Part shown: positions 11,521 to 23,511 of the stretch, one piece after another | Layout of the letters: every line of letters starts with the position of its first letter | Numbering within the stretch: position 1 is the first letter of the stretch | Source of the DNA: Hydrolagus colliei | Lineage: Eukaryota | Reading direction: 5' to 3' | Assembly: GCA_035084275.1 (NCBI GenBank) | Contig: CM068743.1 | Location: 77,996,001 to 78,060,000, forward strand | Length of the DNA stretch: 64,000 nucleotides | Notes under the pieces: model-generated | Database searches by the model: none | What the model was told of the DNA's origin: nothing | What the model saw: only the letters and a program-made list of their open reading frames with translations | Position numbers and translations under genes: made by a program

Positions 11521-13107
11521 GAAGGGTGCTGTATAAACAGCAAGGTGTTGTTGTACAGTCATTATGGTTTCTGCTCTCAAGCATGTCATTAGAGACCGCA
11601 TCAATTGCATTTAGACCACAGTGATGTCAATCAATGTAGCCTCACTATCTGTGCCCCACCTTAATTTTGCGGTAATGTCGGCAAAAAAAAATCTCGGCAC
11701 AAACTGACCAAAATGGGACCCTGAAACTTGACATCTTCATACCGAAATTCTAGATTGCCTCTGTACTAATTAGCTGCAGTACCTCACTTTTCATGTGATT
11801 TTCAACTTGATGGCTTGCACCCTAAATACACTCAAAGCTGCATGATGTCCCAGTTGCAGTGTTCTTTTGACCAATTGGTTCTGGGTGAAGCCACTCCACG
11901 TCTGCAGTGACTCGAGCTTTGCTTTGATCACTGCTATTTTTATACATAAAGAGAAGCTTTATTTTATTTTTTAAAATTAGCTTTGAAGGAACCTGCAAAA
12001 CTAACTTTAAAATAACCACAGTGATAGCTACAGTATATATTTGAATTTTATTTCAACTTGCATTAATTTTTTTTACACATCTAGGTGAAAGTGAGTGTTA
12101 ATGGATATAATGGATTTTGAGTTACCATTGAAGCTTCACCACATGTGGTGTGGTGTTTTGTTTGGTTGCAAAGGCCATTCATTTCTGAAATTTCTGAGGA
12201 GAAAGATGTGAACACATTCATTGCTATGTTGATTAAGTGTTGTAAGGGACTATTTTTAAGCAATCAGCCTAGAAGACAGTAAGGATCAGTGCATGAATAA
12301 GATAATATAGAGGAAATAAAACAAACACATTTGACTTTCCAGTGGTACAGTTGTTTTATCAGGGAGAAAGGATCTATTATTATAGCAATACACAAATGAA
12401 GGTTACAGTATATTGCCTCAACATTAAATCACAGAAGAAATGGAATATTTAATGGCATTTTGATGAACTCCCAGTTAACTCTTTCATTAAGAAAATAGGT
12501 AATATATTTATATCATTTGTCAAAGAAACATAAAATGAAAAAATTGTTGACATTTTCATTAGACTCTGGTTATGAGGTGATTTGAACTTCCATTTCTTCA
12601 ATGAATTTTAATATATCACAGACTGAATATTTTGTTACTACTGAAAATTACTATATTAAGCACCAAACCATCCACCCAACCAAACACAGTTATTGATAGG
12701 TTGTAAAGGGAGCAGTATTATGTAAAGTCCAATGAATTCAGGGACTTTACTGCACATAAACTGTTGTCTTTTATGATCATTTTATCATTATTTTGTTATT
12801 AAAAGTTATGCCTTATGTTCAATAAAACCATTCAACCCTGAACAAATGTTTCTACAGGCTCTTTTGCCAACCAAACACATGTGTAAATTGTCAACAAATT
12901 TAATTTTCAGGTAATTATACATTTGGCATTAAATAACCGTTATGGATTTAGGAGCATAGAAATTAAGCATAAGAGACCATTTGACCCATCAAACCCATGA
13001 TGGTATAATAACACTCCTTACATTTGGTATACCCCTTACTGTGTCAAGGGGACTTTCAAAGTGCTTCACTAGATGATGATAATAATAATCGCATCACGTC
13101 TTCAAGA

Positions 13108-13641
13108 CAACAACAACAACAACAACAACAACAAATTACATTTATAGAGCGCCTTTCACGTCGGGATGACGTCCCAAGGCGCTGCACAGGAGGCATGTGA
13201 CCCGAGCTGGGAGGGGAGTGTTTGGGAAGGGGTGAAACACGAAGGGGGTGTAAAAGAGTTCGGGGTGGAACAGAAGGCACGATCGAAGAGGAAAGTCTTC
13301 AAACCGGCCTTGAAAGAGGAAAGGGAAGAGACGAAACGGAGGGATTGAGGGATTGCATTCCAAAGGGTGGGAGCGGAGAAACTGAAGGCCCGGCCTCCGA
13401 TGGTGGGGCGGTTCGGGCGAGGGGCTTGGAGCAGGCCAAGTCCTGTTGAACGGAGGGTCCGGGTGGGCGTGTAGGGGGAGAGTAGATCGGTTAGATAGGG
13501 TGGGGCAAGGCCGTGTAAGGCCTTGTAGGTGAGGACGAGGATCTTGAACTTGATCCTCTGGAGGTTGGGGAGCCAGTGGAGACGGGCGAGGATGGGGAGC
13601 CAGTGGAGACGGGCGAGGATGGGAAGCCAGTGGAGACGGGC
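13108..13641 (-). mobile_element. Young 5'-truncated L2 LINE, inverted relative to 10470-11520, with a 27-bp tandem triplication at its 5' junction
   Basis: ORF 13156-13743 reads LARLHWLPI repeats, then LQRIKFKILVLTYKALHGLAPPYL...APWDVIPT; (caa)n tail at about 13108-13134. Confidence 0.93.
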
Positions 13642-15571
13642 ATAGAAACTCACTTGAGTTTCTATGGTGCTAAGGATGAGATCAAATCTGGGAAGAATCA
13701 GGTGTAGGATTATGGAGGTAACATATGGTAAATAGTATAACATATTATTTTATAATAACCTTATGGTCCATGCATTTGATATATCGCTTTAACACATCGT
13801 TGAGATGTCTCAAAGCACTTCACAGGATTTTGACTACAACCATTTTGTACAACTGCAATGTCTCACAAATAGCCACAAAATGAATGACCAATTTTAATGT
13901 CTCAGAATTAGGTAAGCAAAGTATGACTCTCCATGGGGAGAGTGCATGTTCCATTCCAGATACAGGACGTTTCTCTGTGTAGGTGGGGTATTTAAACTCT
14001 GGTTTACTCCTGAGCACGGTGATGGGTTTCTGTGTGGGTCAGGCACCCAGCTGACCAAAACAAAATTGTACGATAAGAGACTGTGTCATTCACATACCAT
14101 CTTTTATGAATAATGTGGTTTAATTTAAGATTTTGCTGATCCCCAAAATGAATAACACAATGTATGCTGTCATGCTGAAGAGTTTAATAACATTTCAATG
14201 ATTTTTCCAATAACATGTTTAACTGAAGTCGTGTATTAATTGGGTAAAAACATTTGCAAGTGTACAGCACTAAAGTACAAATAACATCAAACTGAGTGTC
14301 AATGGACATTCCACCCTCACCCCCCACCCCCCACCACCACCATGTTAAAGCTGGAATACAGAGGTAAAATGACTGTTAGCAGGACTGAATTTTAATGGGC
14401 ATGACAATAACATGGGCTTTTTTCTCGAATGTGTTCACTTAAACCAAATTCTATACGCATCAGCCACACACTTCAATATAATCCAATGCATTTGGAAACC
14501 TGTCAACTTTATTTTTCAGTGGCATTTACAGCCCTCTCTCGACCAATATTATAAAAACAAATTCCACAGGGAGGATAATGTGCATGATTGCAGGCTTGCC
14601 TTGTCAAAATCCTCGTGGTTTTATACACTCATCGCCTGCCATGAATAATGCATGGGGCAGCCTCTCATTATATTTCATTTTCTTTACAGCAGCATCACCA
14701 CACCTAGATGGGCTATGATTCCCTTTGGCCCTCCTCAACTCATTCTAGTCTCAGTTCTGTCTAGCTGCCTTGCGAGATAACACTGACAAAACAGGCGTGT
14801 TTGGCCTGTCACCTCATAGCTTATGTGAATTATTCACAAGAGCGTTGCATAGGTTTGTGTAATAACAAAACTAGATGCCTAGAGCTGTTTACTACAGCTG
14901 TTTTCTTCAGAAGGCTTTGATGCCATTTTTATATAATATTTGCATAGGTTTAGGGGATAAAAAAGGAGTGTCTGTTTTACAATATTTCTTCAGCAATTTA
15001 TCAGCAAGTCAGATTAGTTCTGCTCCATCTAGAAAAATATTTTTTGTGAGCCTGTTTACACGTACACTAACAGAAATATAGTAAACCACACTTCAAATAA
15101 ACTCTATTAGTAACATGCCCAGAAAGGAAAGACCATTTTAACACCTTCACACATGGTGCTTCCAACCACTTGGCCTCGAACTCAGTAACAAATGTATTCG
15201 CAACAGCAGGTTTTAAAGTTGTGTTATTTTGCTCTGAAGTAATATTTTAAACATGTACTTTCTGGTAAATTAATATGTGATGTGACATAATGTTCTTGCT
15301 GTGTGACAGTGCAAAGATCAACAACATTTGGTAAGAGTGTGCATGTATACATATCAATGAGTTGCTTTTTCAATGTGACAGCAGCACAGTCATATGTTGG
15401 AAGATCATTAAATATGAATCTGCACACAGATAAACAGCAATCTTTACCCTGGAACAAGACGAGTTCAAAATACAATGAATCAAAGTCCCAATATAATTAT
15501 AGTGATTTCTTAACACTACCTTTGTAGTTTTAATATTTAATAAGATTTTAAAAATATTATATGGAAACATA

Positions 15572-15729
15572 AAGTAAATTCCTGATAACTTTATCCCCGG
15601 CTTAATTTATCACTACCACTTAGTTATCACGTTGTCAATCTTTATATATTTATACATATGCTTACTCATATGGATAACTGGTCACTGAGACCTTCTCACT
15701 TGGAGTGACTAGTTATCAGGAGTTTACTG
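15572..15729. mobile_element. Tc1/mariner-pogo (Tigger-like) MITE
   Basis: Terminal inverted repeats (TIRs) aagtaaattcctgataact / agttatcaggagtttactg, flanked by TA and TG. Confidence 0.75.
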
Positions 15730-16339
15730 TGCTTTTCAGATCAACTCGATAGTTTATCGTTTTATAAGCAAATTAACTTGGTTGAATATGTTGGTATATC
15801 TGAATTATTCTGTATATCATAACACCAAAAGAAGGGATTGGAAAAAGAACAGTGGTGTATTTTCTGCAGGTTTATTTTAATATCACACTAAGAGTATTGG
15901 TTCCCGCAAAATACTTCAATATGGCTTGTGCTGCTTGATCTCCCATTTATACTGCACTTTTCATCCTCAGACATCTACCATTAACACCGCCTCACAAAAC
16001 TATGTCTACTTCAGGTCTCTCCATCACAAAAATATAGATTTGCATTAGCACGAGTACAAGAAAGAGCAACACACAACTGCGCAGGAATGTAATGTTATGA
16101 ATAAATTAGTTTTGAAGCACACACAGCAAAAGCACGTAACTCACAAAACTGTCCGTAATAGCCTTGGATCCCAGTAATGCAACACGTCCTCAGTAGCGTA
16201 AAACCTAATCAGTCTGACAATACAATATACTACTAATTTACATTTATATAGCACTTTCCACATGGGGAGGATGTCCCAAGACGCTTGGAAGAGCAACATC
16301 CCTATTAGTGGTGAACAATCCAACTCTAGGTGAATGTGA

Positions 16340-16760
16340 ATTCTGGATGGAGCACAGTAATCCCCACCATGCGTTTGAACACCATTGTTTTCCTCTGGAT
16401 CTCAGATCAAACCCCATTCAGACAGATGGCATGAATGTCCTTTCTCTCTGACGGCTGTTAAAGGTCCCTCCTTACAGGTCCCTGTGGGTACAATCCTCAG
16501 CAGAACAAGCCATAATTTGGCACTAATTGGCACTAATCGCATAATCTAACTCAGAGAGATCACAGGGATAAATGGTCTGGGAAATAAAAATATCATATGG
16601 TGCAGCATGGGTGCTTTGATGCTTGCTTTTGCAGCAATGGACAGAGAGCTTTGAATTCAGATTATCATGTGTTATACCAGTCCTTAGGGTGCTTGATGAA
16701 TGAACTGGAAATGCTCCATCCGCAGTACTGACATCTCTTACCTACATACGTAAAATACAT
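16340..16760 (+). mobile_element. LF-SINE-related ancient SINE
   Basis: tctgacggctgtt (16447-16459), ttggcactaattggcac (16517-16533) and tcagagagatcacaggga occur in the order I recall from the LF-SINE consensus; the 3' part resembles agagcttt...gtgttatacc. Confidence 0.6.
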
Positions 16761-17467
16761 TATGGTGAATATTGCAATGTTCAAAAGAAACATGGCGGTT
16801 ATTCTCTCAGAGTTCTAAAATTAAATATTGCATTTAAACTGCCAGGACTGCATACTCTGTGCAGGCTCTGTGCTAAATATTCAGTTACATACTGTTGCTA
16901 CCTCTTCTCTATGTGAAACTAAAAGCGATGGTATAAAGAGAGGATGTTAGACTAAATCTCAGCCTGTGTGAGAATGTCTCCCAAATCGGCCATGCACACC
17001 TTTACAGCTGAACACATAAAAGTGATATTATTAAAGGTGGAATTATTTTTGAAAATCTGTACAGTTGCCTCTAAAGAGTGTACAGTGTGCTTTAATGTTG
17101 GCCGAATGCATCTTCACTTGTGAGCTGTAGTTATATTCCTCTTGTGAATTGTGTTGTATTACACCTTTGTGAGCCATTCATGGAACATAAATTGTATCCA
17201 TGTCTCCTCCTTTGTTTAATTCATCAACATTTAAGCCATTTATGTTCCTGGCAGACATCTCCTTTAAGTTATACATTGCACTTCTGAATGTTCAATTAGT
17301 GGTTCAATTCCAGCAAAGAATTCAGTGGTTGTAGCCTGTGTCATTGGGGTTAGACATGGATTCTTATCACTTACTTTAGTTTTATATTTGGTTTCAGATA
17401 CTCTGTGGTCTTAAGGTGGATATTTGTAACTTGACATCAATTCTGTCCTTAAGAACAAGTAGTTGTG

Positions 17468-17863
17468 TCAGGTTGGTTCAATTGTTAACACTCTGGCTTG
17501 TGGATTCAGGATGCACACTGACGCACATAGTCTAGGCTGACTCTCCAGTGCAGTAATGGGTGTGTTCCTTATTGTCAGAGTTGCCATCCTGTGAGTGAAA
17601 CATTAATCAATGTCCCATTGTCTGTCCAGGTGGGTATTAAAGATCCCATGACGCTATTCAAAATGAGGAATTTCTCTCCGTGTCTTGGCCAGTGAAATTG
17701 GTCATTGTCTTCATAGCTATTTGTGGAACATTGCTGTGGCGCTTATTGGCTGCTATATTTGCATACAAAATACATAGTCACTACATCTCACTGTAAAATC
17801 CTCTGAAGTGTTTTGAGATGGCTCGACGATACGATTAAAGGCTGCATCAAATGCAAGGATTAT
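17468..17863 (+). mobile_element. Deu-domain SINE (SacSINE1/AmnSINE1-like) with L2-like tail
   Basis: aggctgactctccagtgcagtaa, taaagatcccatgacgctattc and gtgtcttggcca are Deu-SINE-like blocks; the 3' end is shared with the local tRNA SINE. Confidence 0.75.
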
Positions 17864-20126
17864 ATAGAATAATTTATTCCTTGAACAATGTTTGTTTTCG
17901 CCCCTCAAATACTACTGTAATCCCTGATCGTTAAAATAAATCTGGATGCAAACTCACTGGAGGGACAAGTTATACACTTTCATGTTGTGGAGGTTGTATG
18001 ATTAAAGGAAATTACATCTCTTTGGGAGCAAGCTTGCTACAGTTATTCTTGCTTAGATGGTCACTTTAAGCAAATTACATCTAATTACTTGCTGAGCAAA
18101 TCCCAGAGGGAGCAGGGGATAGTGTGAGTAGAAAGGATCAGACCAATTCCTTAGGTCTGAAAACAGCTGAAATTGTAATTTATTAACCACGGATCAAAAT
18201 ACATCATAGTAAGTGTTTCAACCTTTAGTAACAGCAACTGATAGATTAACAATGGGCTTCCTTGCTTTGTGAGTGTGAAGTAGAATCTACCTGAGCTGAA
18301 ATAATGAACATACAATAGTACAGCAATGCGAACAACTGCATCTATCATGTCCATTATACTTTCAACTGGACTTTGCTAAGATGGTTGTAATGCCCTAAAT
18401 AGTAGACACTTATACACCATAATAAGACATAATAGACATAATCTTTATCCCCAAATATATTGTGTTTTATTTTTTATTTTTGTTTAATATCATGGGGATG
18501 GAAGGAGCATTACACATTTGTGAAATCTCACTGTAACATGTAAGAGCTGCAACACATATTTCAGTAAATACGGTTAACACAGGAAGACCTTAATGCTGTT
18601 TTGATCACTGACTGTCCACCTGCCATGGCTGTGAGCTGAATGCTAATTTGACCTCATTAAACTGTCATAAGTTTGTAAGATCAGAGTAGCCAGTGAACAT
18701 TGCAATGTAATGCCTTATTTGGTTCCTTTACTATTACAATGTTAAGTCTCCAGGGGAATTAAGAAAAGGTTTAGTCTTTGCCTGTTTAATGGTTGGGAAC
18801 TGCACAGATGACAGCATCATACACATTAATATAATTGTATGATTATTTCTGAATTTTATACAAATTCACAGAGAGAGGTGGAGAATAAGCCAGTGCATGG
18901 AAAAAAAAAACTTTGAAAGCTGGCAAAATGCATAATGGACCGAAGCTCACATGATGAATTGTCAAATAGCTCACGAAATTTAAACCAGAGAATAGTTTAA
19001 ATTGTAACCCTTTGAAAATGACTGTGGTGTTTTCTGGTGCTAAAACAACTACAGCGAGATTACAGGCTGTCCTAATTTACTCAGGAAAACAGGAATGAAG
19101 AAATTACCGGTGCCTTTCTCTCTCATTAAAGTACGTGACTCTCTGCAATTTAGAATCTCCTAAATCTACCTGCACAGGTAGAATATGACCAAATACAAAC
19201 ACATTTAAGAAACTCCAAGGGTCGCATCTTCAGGGTGTTCCTGTGGCAGCTTCTCCATTTCACTGAGAGTCGAGCTCGGTAAAGATGTCTGAAGTGCGTT
19301 CCTGAATGTATGATGAAGCAATGGGATATTGCCTTCATCAGCAGACAGCAAGTTTTACAAATGATGCATACTATAATCTCCATTAGATATCTAAAGAGGA
19401 GCTTTACTCTGTTGTCCAATATGTTACAATAATAGAAAACAAAATGTCTCATCAGAAGATTTTCATTTAGAAAGCCGCCTGATGTTGTGATGGGAGGATG
19501 TTCGGGTGGTGTTCAGAAACGATGAGGTGATAGCACTGCAGCCCTCGCCCAGCATTGCACTGAAGTGTTTGATAAATTAATAACAGGTGAAGGTGGTCAG
19601 TGTGGGCTTTGAACTGGAGGAATAATACAAAAGACCAACTGCTGTCACACTGGTCTGATGTACCCTGTGCAGTGATTTCTGTTCTAGTCTTCTGATGACA
19701 CACATGGTGAGTTCTCTGTCTCTTAAATGAGAAAAGTTGGACTGATACAACCCAAATCCCCTCATGCACCAGTGAAGAGTGACACATGGAGACACGTAGA
19801 AGCTAGTCTGCCCAAATCCCTTGTTGGGGTTGGTGGGGGAAGTGTTGGACATGGCCTTAAATACGAGATTAAATCTTTCAAACTCTGCGAGACAGAGAAT
19901 ATAAAGGGTGAATCAGAAGTCCTAACTTATTGGGTTTTTAATTATGAATTATGTTCCTTTTAAAAAAACAACAACATGCAGTTAATACAGGAGATTTGTC
20001 TTTCATCTTCATCAAAGGTTTTGTCACCAAGTTGATACATGTAAATTTCTACTTGGCATGCAGTTTGAGCATCTCATATAGACCTATGAGTAGGGACTTT
20101 TGATTTACCCTGTAGATATCTCTATC

Positions 20127-20903
20127 CAAGTAGACCCCGCTTACCGAACACTCGATCAATGAAAGCTCACTATAACGAAGATTTCTATTTGTACCACTTA
20201 TCTGCTTACTGAAGGCTGTGTTCACTTTAACGAATGTTTACACACACTTTAAATCTCGCGGGCTTCTCATGGGTAGCATTTTCTGGTTGGCCAGCATTCT
20301 GCTGCTTAAGATCCTCCCATATTGTACGGGCTGCACTGCTTCGTGGCTTCAATAATAGTAAGTTGAGGACTGTCTGTATTTTATTGTTTATTGTTGTATT
20401 TATTAACATTTTATATTTTATTGTTGTATTTAAAGTTGTGTAGCCTTCAATAGCAGTTATATCTACCTTAGGTCTTCGCTAGTACGGGTTGAGTGTCCTG
20501 AATTCGGGCCCGTAGCCGAGCCCAGGTTCAGGTATTTCCTTACTTTGGAACGCCAGAAGCGCGTCACGTGTCCGGAAATGCCTGGGCCCAGGTTGCGATA
20601 TTTCAGTGCGGTGACTGTGCAGACCTGGCCTGGAGCAGGTAGGATTGGCATTTTTATTCTTGCAATTTTTGTCACATTCCGGATTCTGGAGCTCCGGACT
20701 TTTGGCTGCTCAACCTGTACACCAAAAATGTTAGCGCCAGGAACCGCTAGGAACTAAACTGATTTTAGCGGGGAGGCTCGGGTCGGGGCGGCGTTTTGGC
20801 TGCGGCCAAATACAGTAATACAGTTAAATTCTCGCTTAACTAAATTTTCGCTTAACAAAGGGTTTTAAAGGCCCTAACCTCTTTGTTAAGTGGGGTTTAC
20901 CTG
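20127..20903. mobile_element. Tigger/pogo-like non-autonomous DNA transposon (outer element)
   Basis: Left TIR caagtagaccccgcttaccgaa matches the reverse complement of the right end caggtaaaccccacttaacaaa at 17/22; TA follows the right end; subterminal cgcttaac repeats at about 20830-20860. Confidence 0.75.
20485..20717. mobile_element. Tigger-family MITE (CAGGTTGAG-type TIR) nested in the outer element
   Basis: TA|cgggttgagtgtcc ... ggctgctcaacctg|TA; TA duplication at 20483-84 and 20718-19; CpG-rich. Confidence 0.8.
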
Positions 20904-21859
20904 TATATTGGTTTTAACAGGAGAGCCCAGTCAATTAAAAGCAACATTTATTAAAGTCGACTTAAAATGTAATTTTAATTTGCAAATAAAAAAACAGGTA
21001 ACAGAAAGAAATGTAGGGTGTCTTGTGGGATTTTGTATGTGGTTTATCATTTCATTTCAAAGGCCACTAACTCTAGCTACTGGAAGATTTTTTTTATCAT
21101 TTCAAAATACATAATTTTTTTGCGAGTGACATCTCTTACATCGCTGATGCTCAGTGGCATGAAACAGAATTGCTTCATTTATGGTTTTCCAAATAAAATG
21201 ACATTGAGGTTTCAAATCAACTTTAATCCTTTTAATTGAAGAGGCTGTTGAATAATCTGAATAAAAACCGAGTCTCTCATATTAATGTCGGACTGGACAA
21301 AAACAACTGTTATGCTTTGATCTGGGAGCTGAGTTACATTTTCTGGTCTCAAACTCAGTCCAATTCGAAAGCTACCTTTTTGACCTCTCATTCGGTCATC
21401 GTTTTTCCTCCCCAATCCAGAATTGCCTGAGGAGAAAGGCGATGCATAAATGTAAATTTCTGTTGTATTGTAAGACGATCTTCGAAATTTCAGTAAATTT
21501 TCAGGAGAAAGAGATTTGGATTTAATGTTTAGAGAATTTTTTTTATTTCAATATTGTTCTGTCTTAATCATTTTTTTGTTTTAACTATAATACCATAACA
21601 CAAGTTAGAAATGAAAACATTTCAACAGGATTATTGTGACATGCAAACCTCTAGACTGTATAATTATAAAAACAAATCCTATAATCCTGCAATTGACACA
21701 GCGCCTTTCACATCAGGACTTCTCAAAGCACTTTGCTGGATATACTATAACGTTTATTTTGTTGCCTAGACTGTGAATTCTGCATGCAAGCCATTCTGAG
21801 CCAGAGGACAGAATGGTGTTCCAATACAGTGCAGCATTGAAACACTGAACTCAACATTT

Positions 21860-21916
21860 TCATAGATTCATAGAATTTTACGGCACAAAAGGAGGCCATT
21901 CGGCCCATCTAGTCTG
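21860..21916 (-). mobile_element. CR1 LINE extreme 3' tail
   Basis: catagattcatagaattttacggcacaaaaggaggccattcggcccatc, a typical CR1 3' end with 8-bp terminal repeat. Confidence 0.75.
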
Positions 21917-23226
21917 TTCTCTAAGACTAGGAGAAATACCAACCTCTAGATTGTAACTGATCATATCCACTGTTTTCAAACATGTTTTTAGGGGACAGAC
22001 TAGTGTAAAGCCTAAGGAATGTAGTTTTTAAGCATGTTATTAGGAAGATTCCTTTGGCGATTGTGCAAATATTCTTCACTACTATAAATAAACTATGTGG
22101 TAATATATGCAGAGCTAAGAGGAATACCCTTGCATTAGTCTTTATGCCTTTACTCTTCCAAGAAAATGATGTGGGCCCCAGGCTCGTTTTTAAATTACTT
22201 CCTTCCTCTCTTGATTATTACATTTCCAAGCTCAGATCCTGATCCACTACTGGTGTCCAATAGGGAACGAGGAGACTTCACTTAGGATTTTGTTTCTAAC
22301 CATTTTTAGATATCATTGAAAAATGTATTAACTTGGGTCATATTAGCAAACTGCAATCAGTTGGAGAGCTAGACCAGAATATAATTTCATGTATCTTATT
22401 TCACGTTTCATATCTCAGCACCTTAGGACGTCCTCCTGAAGTGAAAGGCACTATGCAAATATAATTTTGTATTGTATATATCTGCAATTCCACTATTTTT
22501 TAAACAGATAAACTATGGAATATGTGTTATATCCCACAAGAGGACTTTAGACACCACTATTTGATATATCTCACAAGAGGTAACTTGGATTTATGGTCAG
22601 TGCCATGAGTGTAATAAGAATTGTATCCCACATCAAGTATCATGGGAAAGTTAACACCTGCCCGAACAGGCAGGCTGGACCTTGGTTTAATATTTCATTT
22701 GAAGAATGGCACCTCTGACAATGAAGCGTTCCCTAGCATTGCATTGGATCTAGCCTACGCTGTGAGCTCATGCTTGAAGAGCAATCGTCTAGAGACCAGA
22801 TCTGAGATCCAACATCATTCGCCCAACATGAATAGTTAAATACAATTGCAAATAGTCACTTGAAAATGGATGCAGCCATGTGAGAAGCAGATGAGAATAT
22901 GCATGTGGATGGTCAGTAAGGCTGTACAACAAGGAGAATTGTATTAACATTTATTAATATTATTAGTACAGTATTAACATTAAGAAAATGACTGCTAGAA
23001 GCTGGCTTCTCTTTAGTTGTTCGCAAACCTCGTATATCAAGATAAATTAACTATATTCATGTATTTACATTCAAAACAAAAGATTGGTAGAAGAATTTTA
23101 GATTGATTGCATTCCCAATATTAGTGTTTTTTGTGTAACCAAAGATTAAGTCAATGGCTTTAGTTGTGTTGGTTCAGGTCTTTTATTGGTGAATCATTGA
23201 TCAGAGGCCGATACACGTTTGTGAAG

Positions 23227-23280
23227 CTAACACTAACACTGAGCCTAACCATAACCCTAACCCTATCCCTATAACATAAC
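23227..23280. repeat. Degenerate telomere-like (CCCTAA)n simple repeat
   Basis: ctaacactaacactgagcctaaccataaccctaaccctatccctataac. Confidence 0.55.
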
Positions 23281-23511
23281 AGGAACATCTTGTGTTCGTT
23301 TATTTCTTAGTTTGTCAGTAAAATACAATCAAAGTACTGAACATTAATATTAAAGGAGAAATATGTTTTCACAATTATCCCATGATACCCAAATGTGAAA
23401 GAGAACATTTGTTTAGTAATACACATGTAGTCATCATATTTAATGTACCTGCATATGCCAAGGGATGCTGTTCTCAATTGCAATGTCTGTGAAGCTAGTT
23501 AGCAGGACTGG

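Noticed and set aside
11201-11584. ORF with a polyglutamine tract
   Set aside because: Antisense reading of the L2 (TTG)n tail
13567-13641. CRISPR-like repeat array
   Set aside because: Units are contiguous without spacers, derive from L2 coding sequence, and lie in a eukaryotic context
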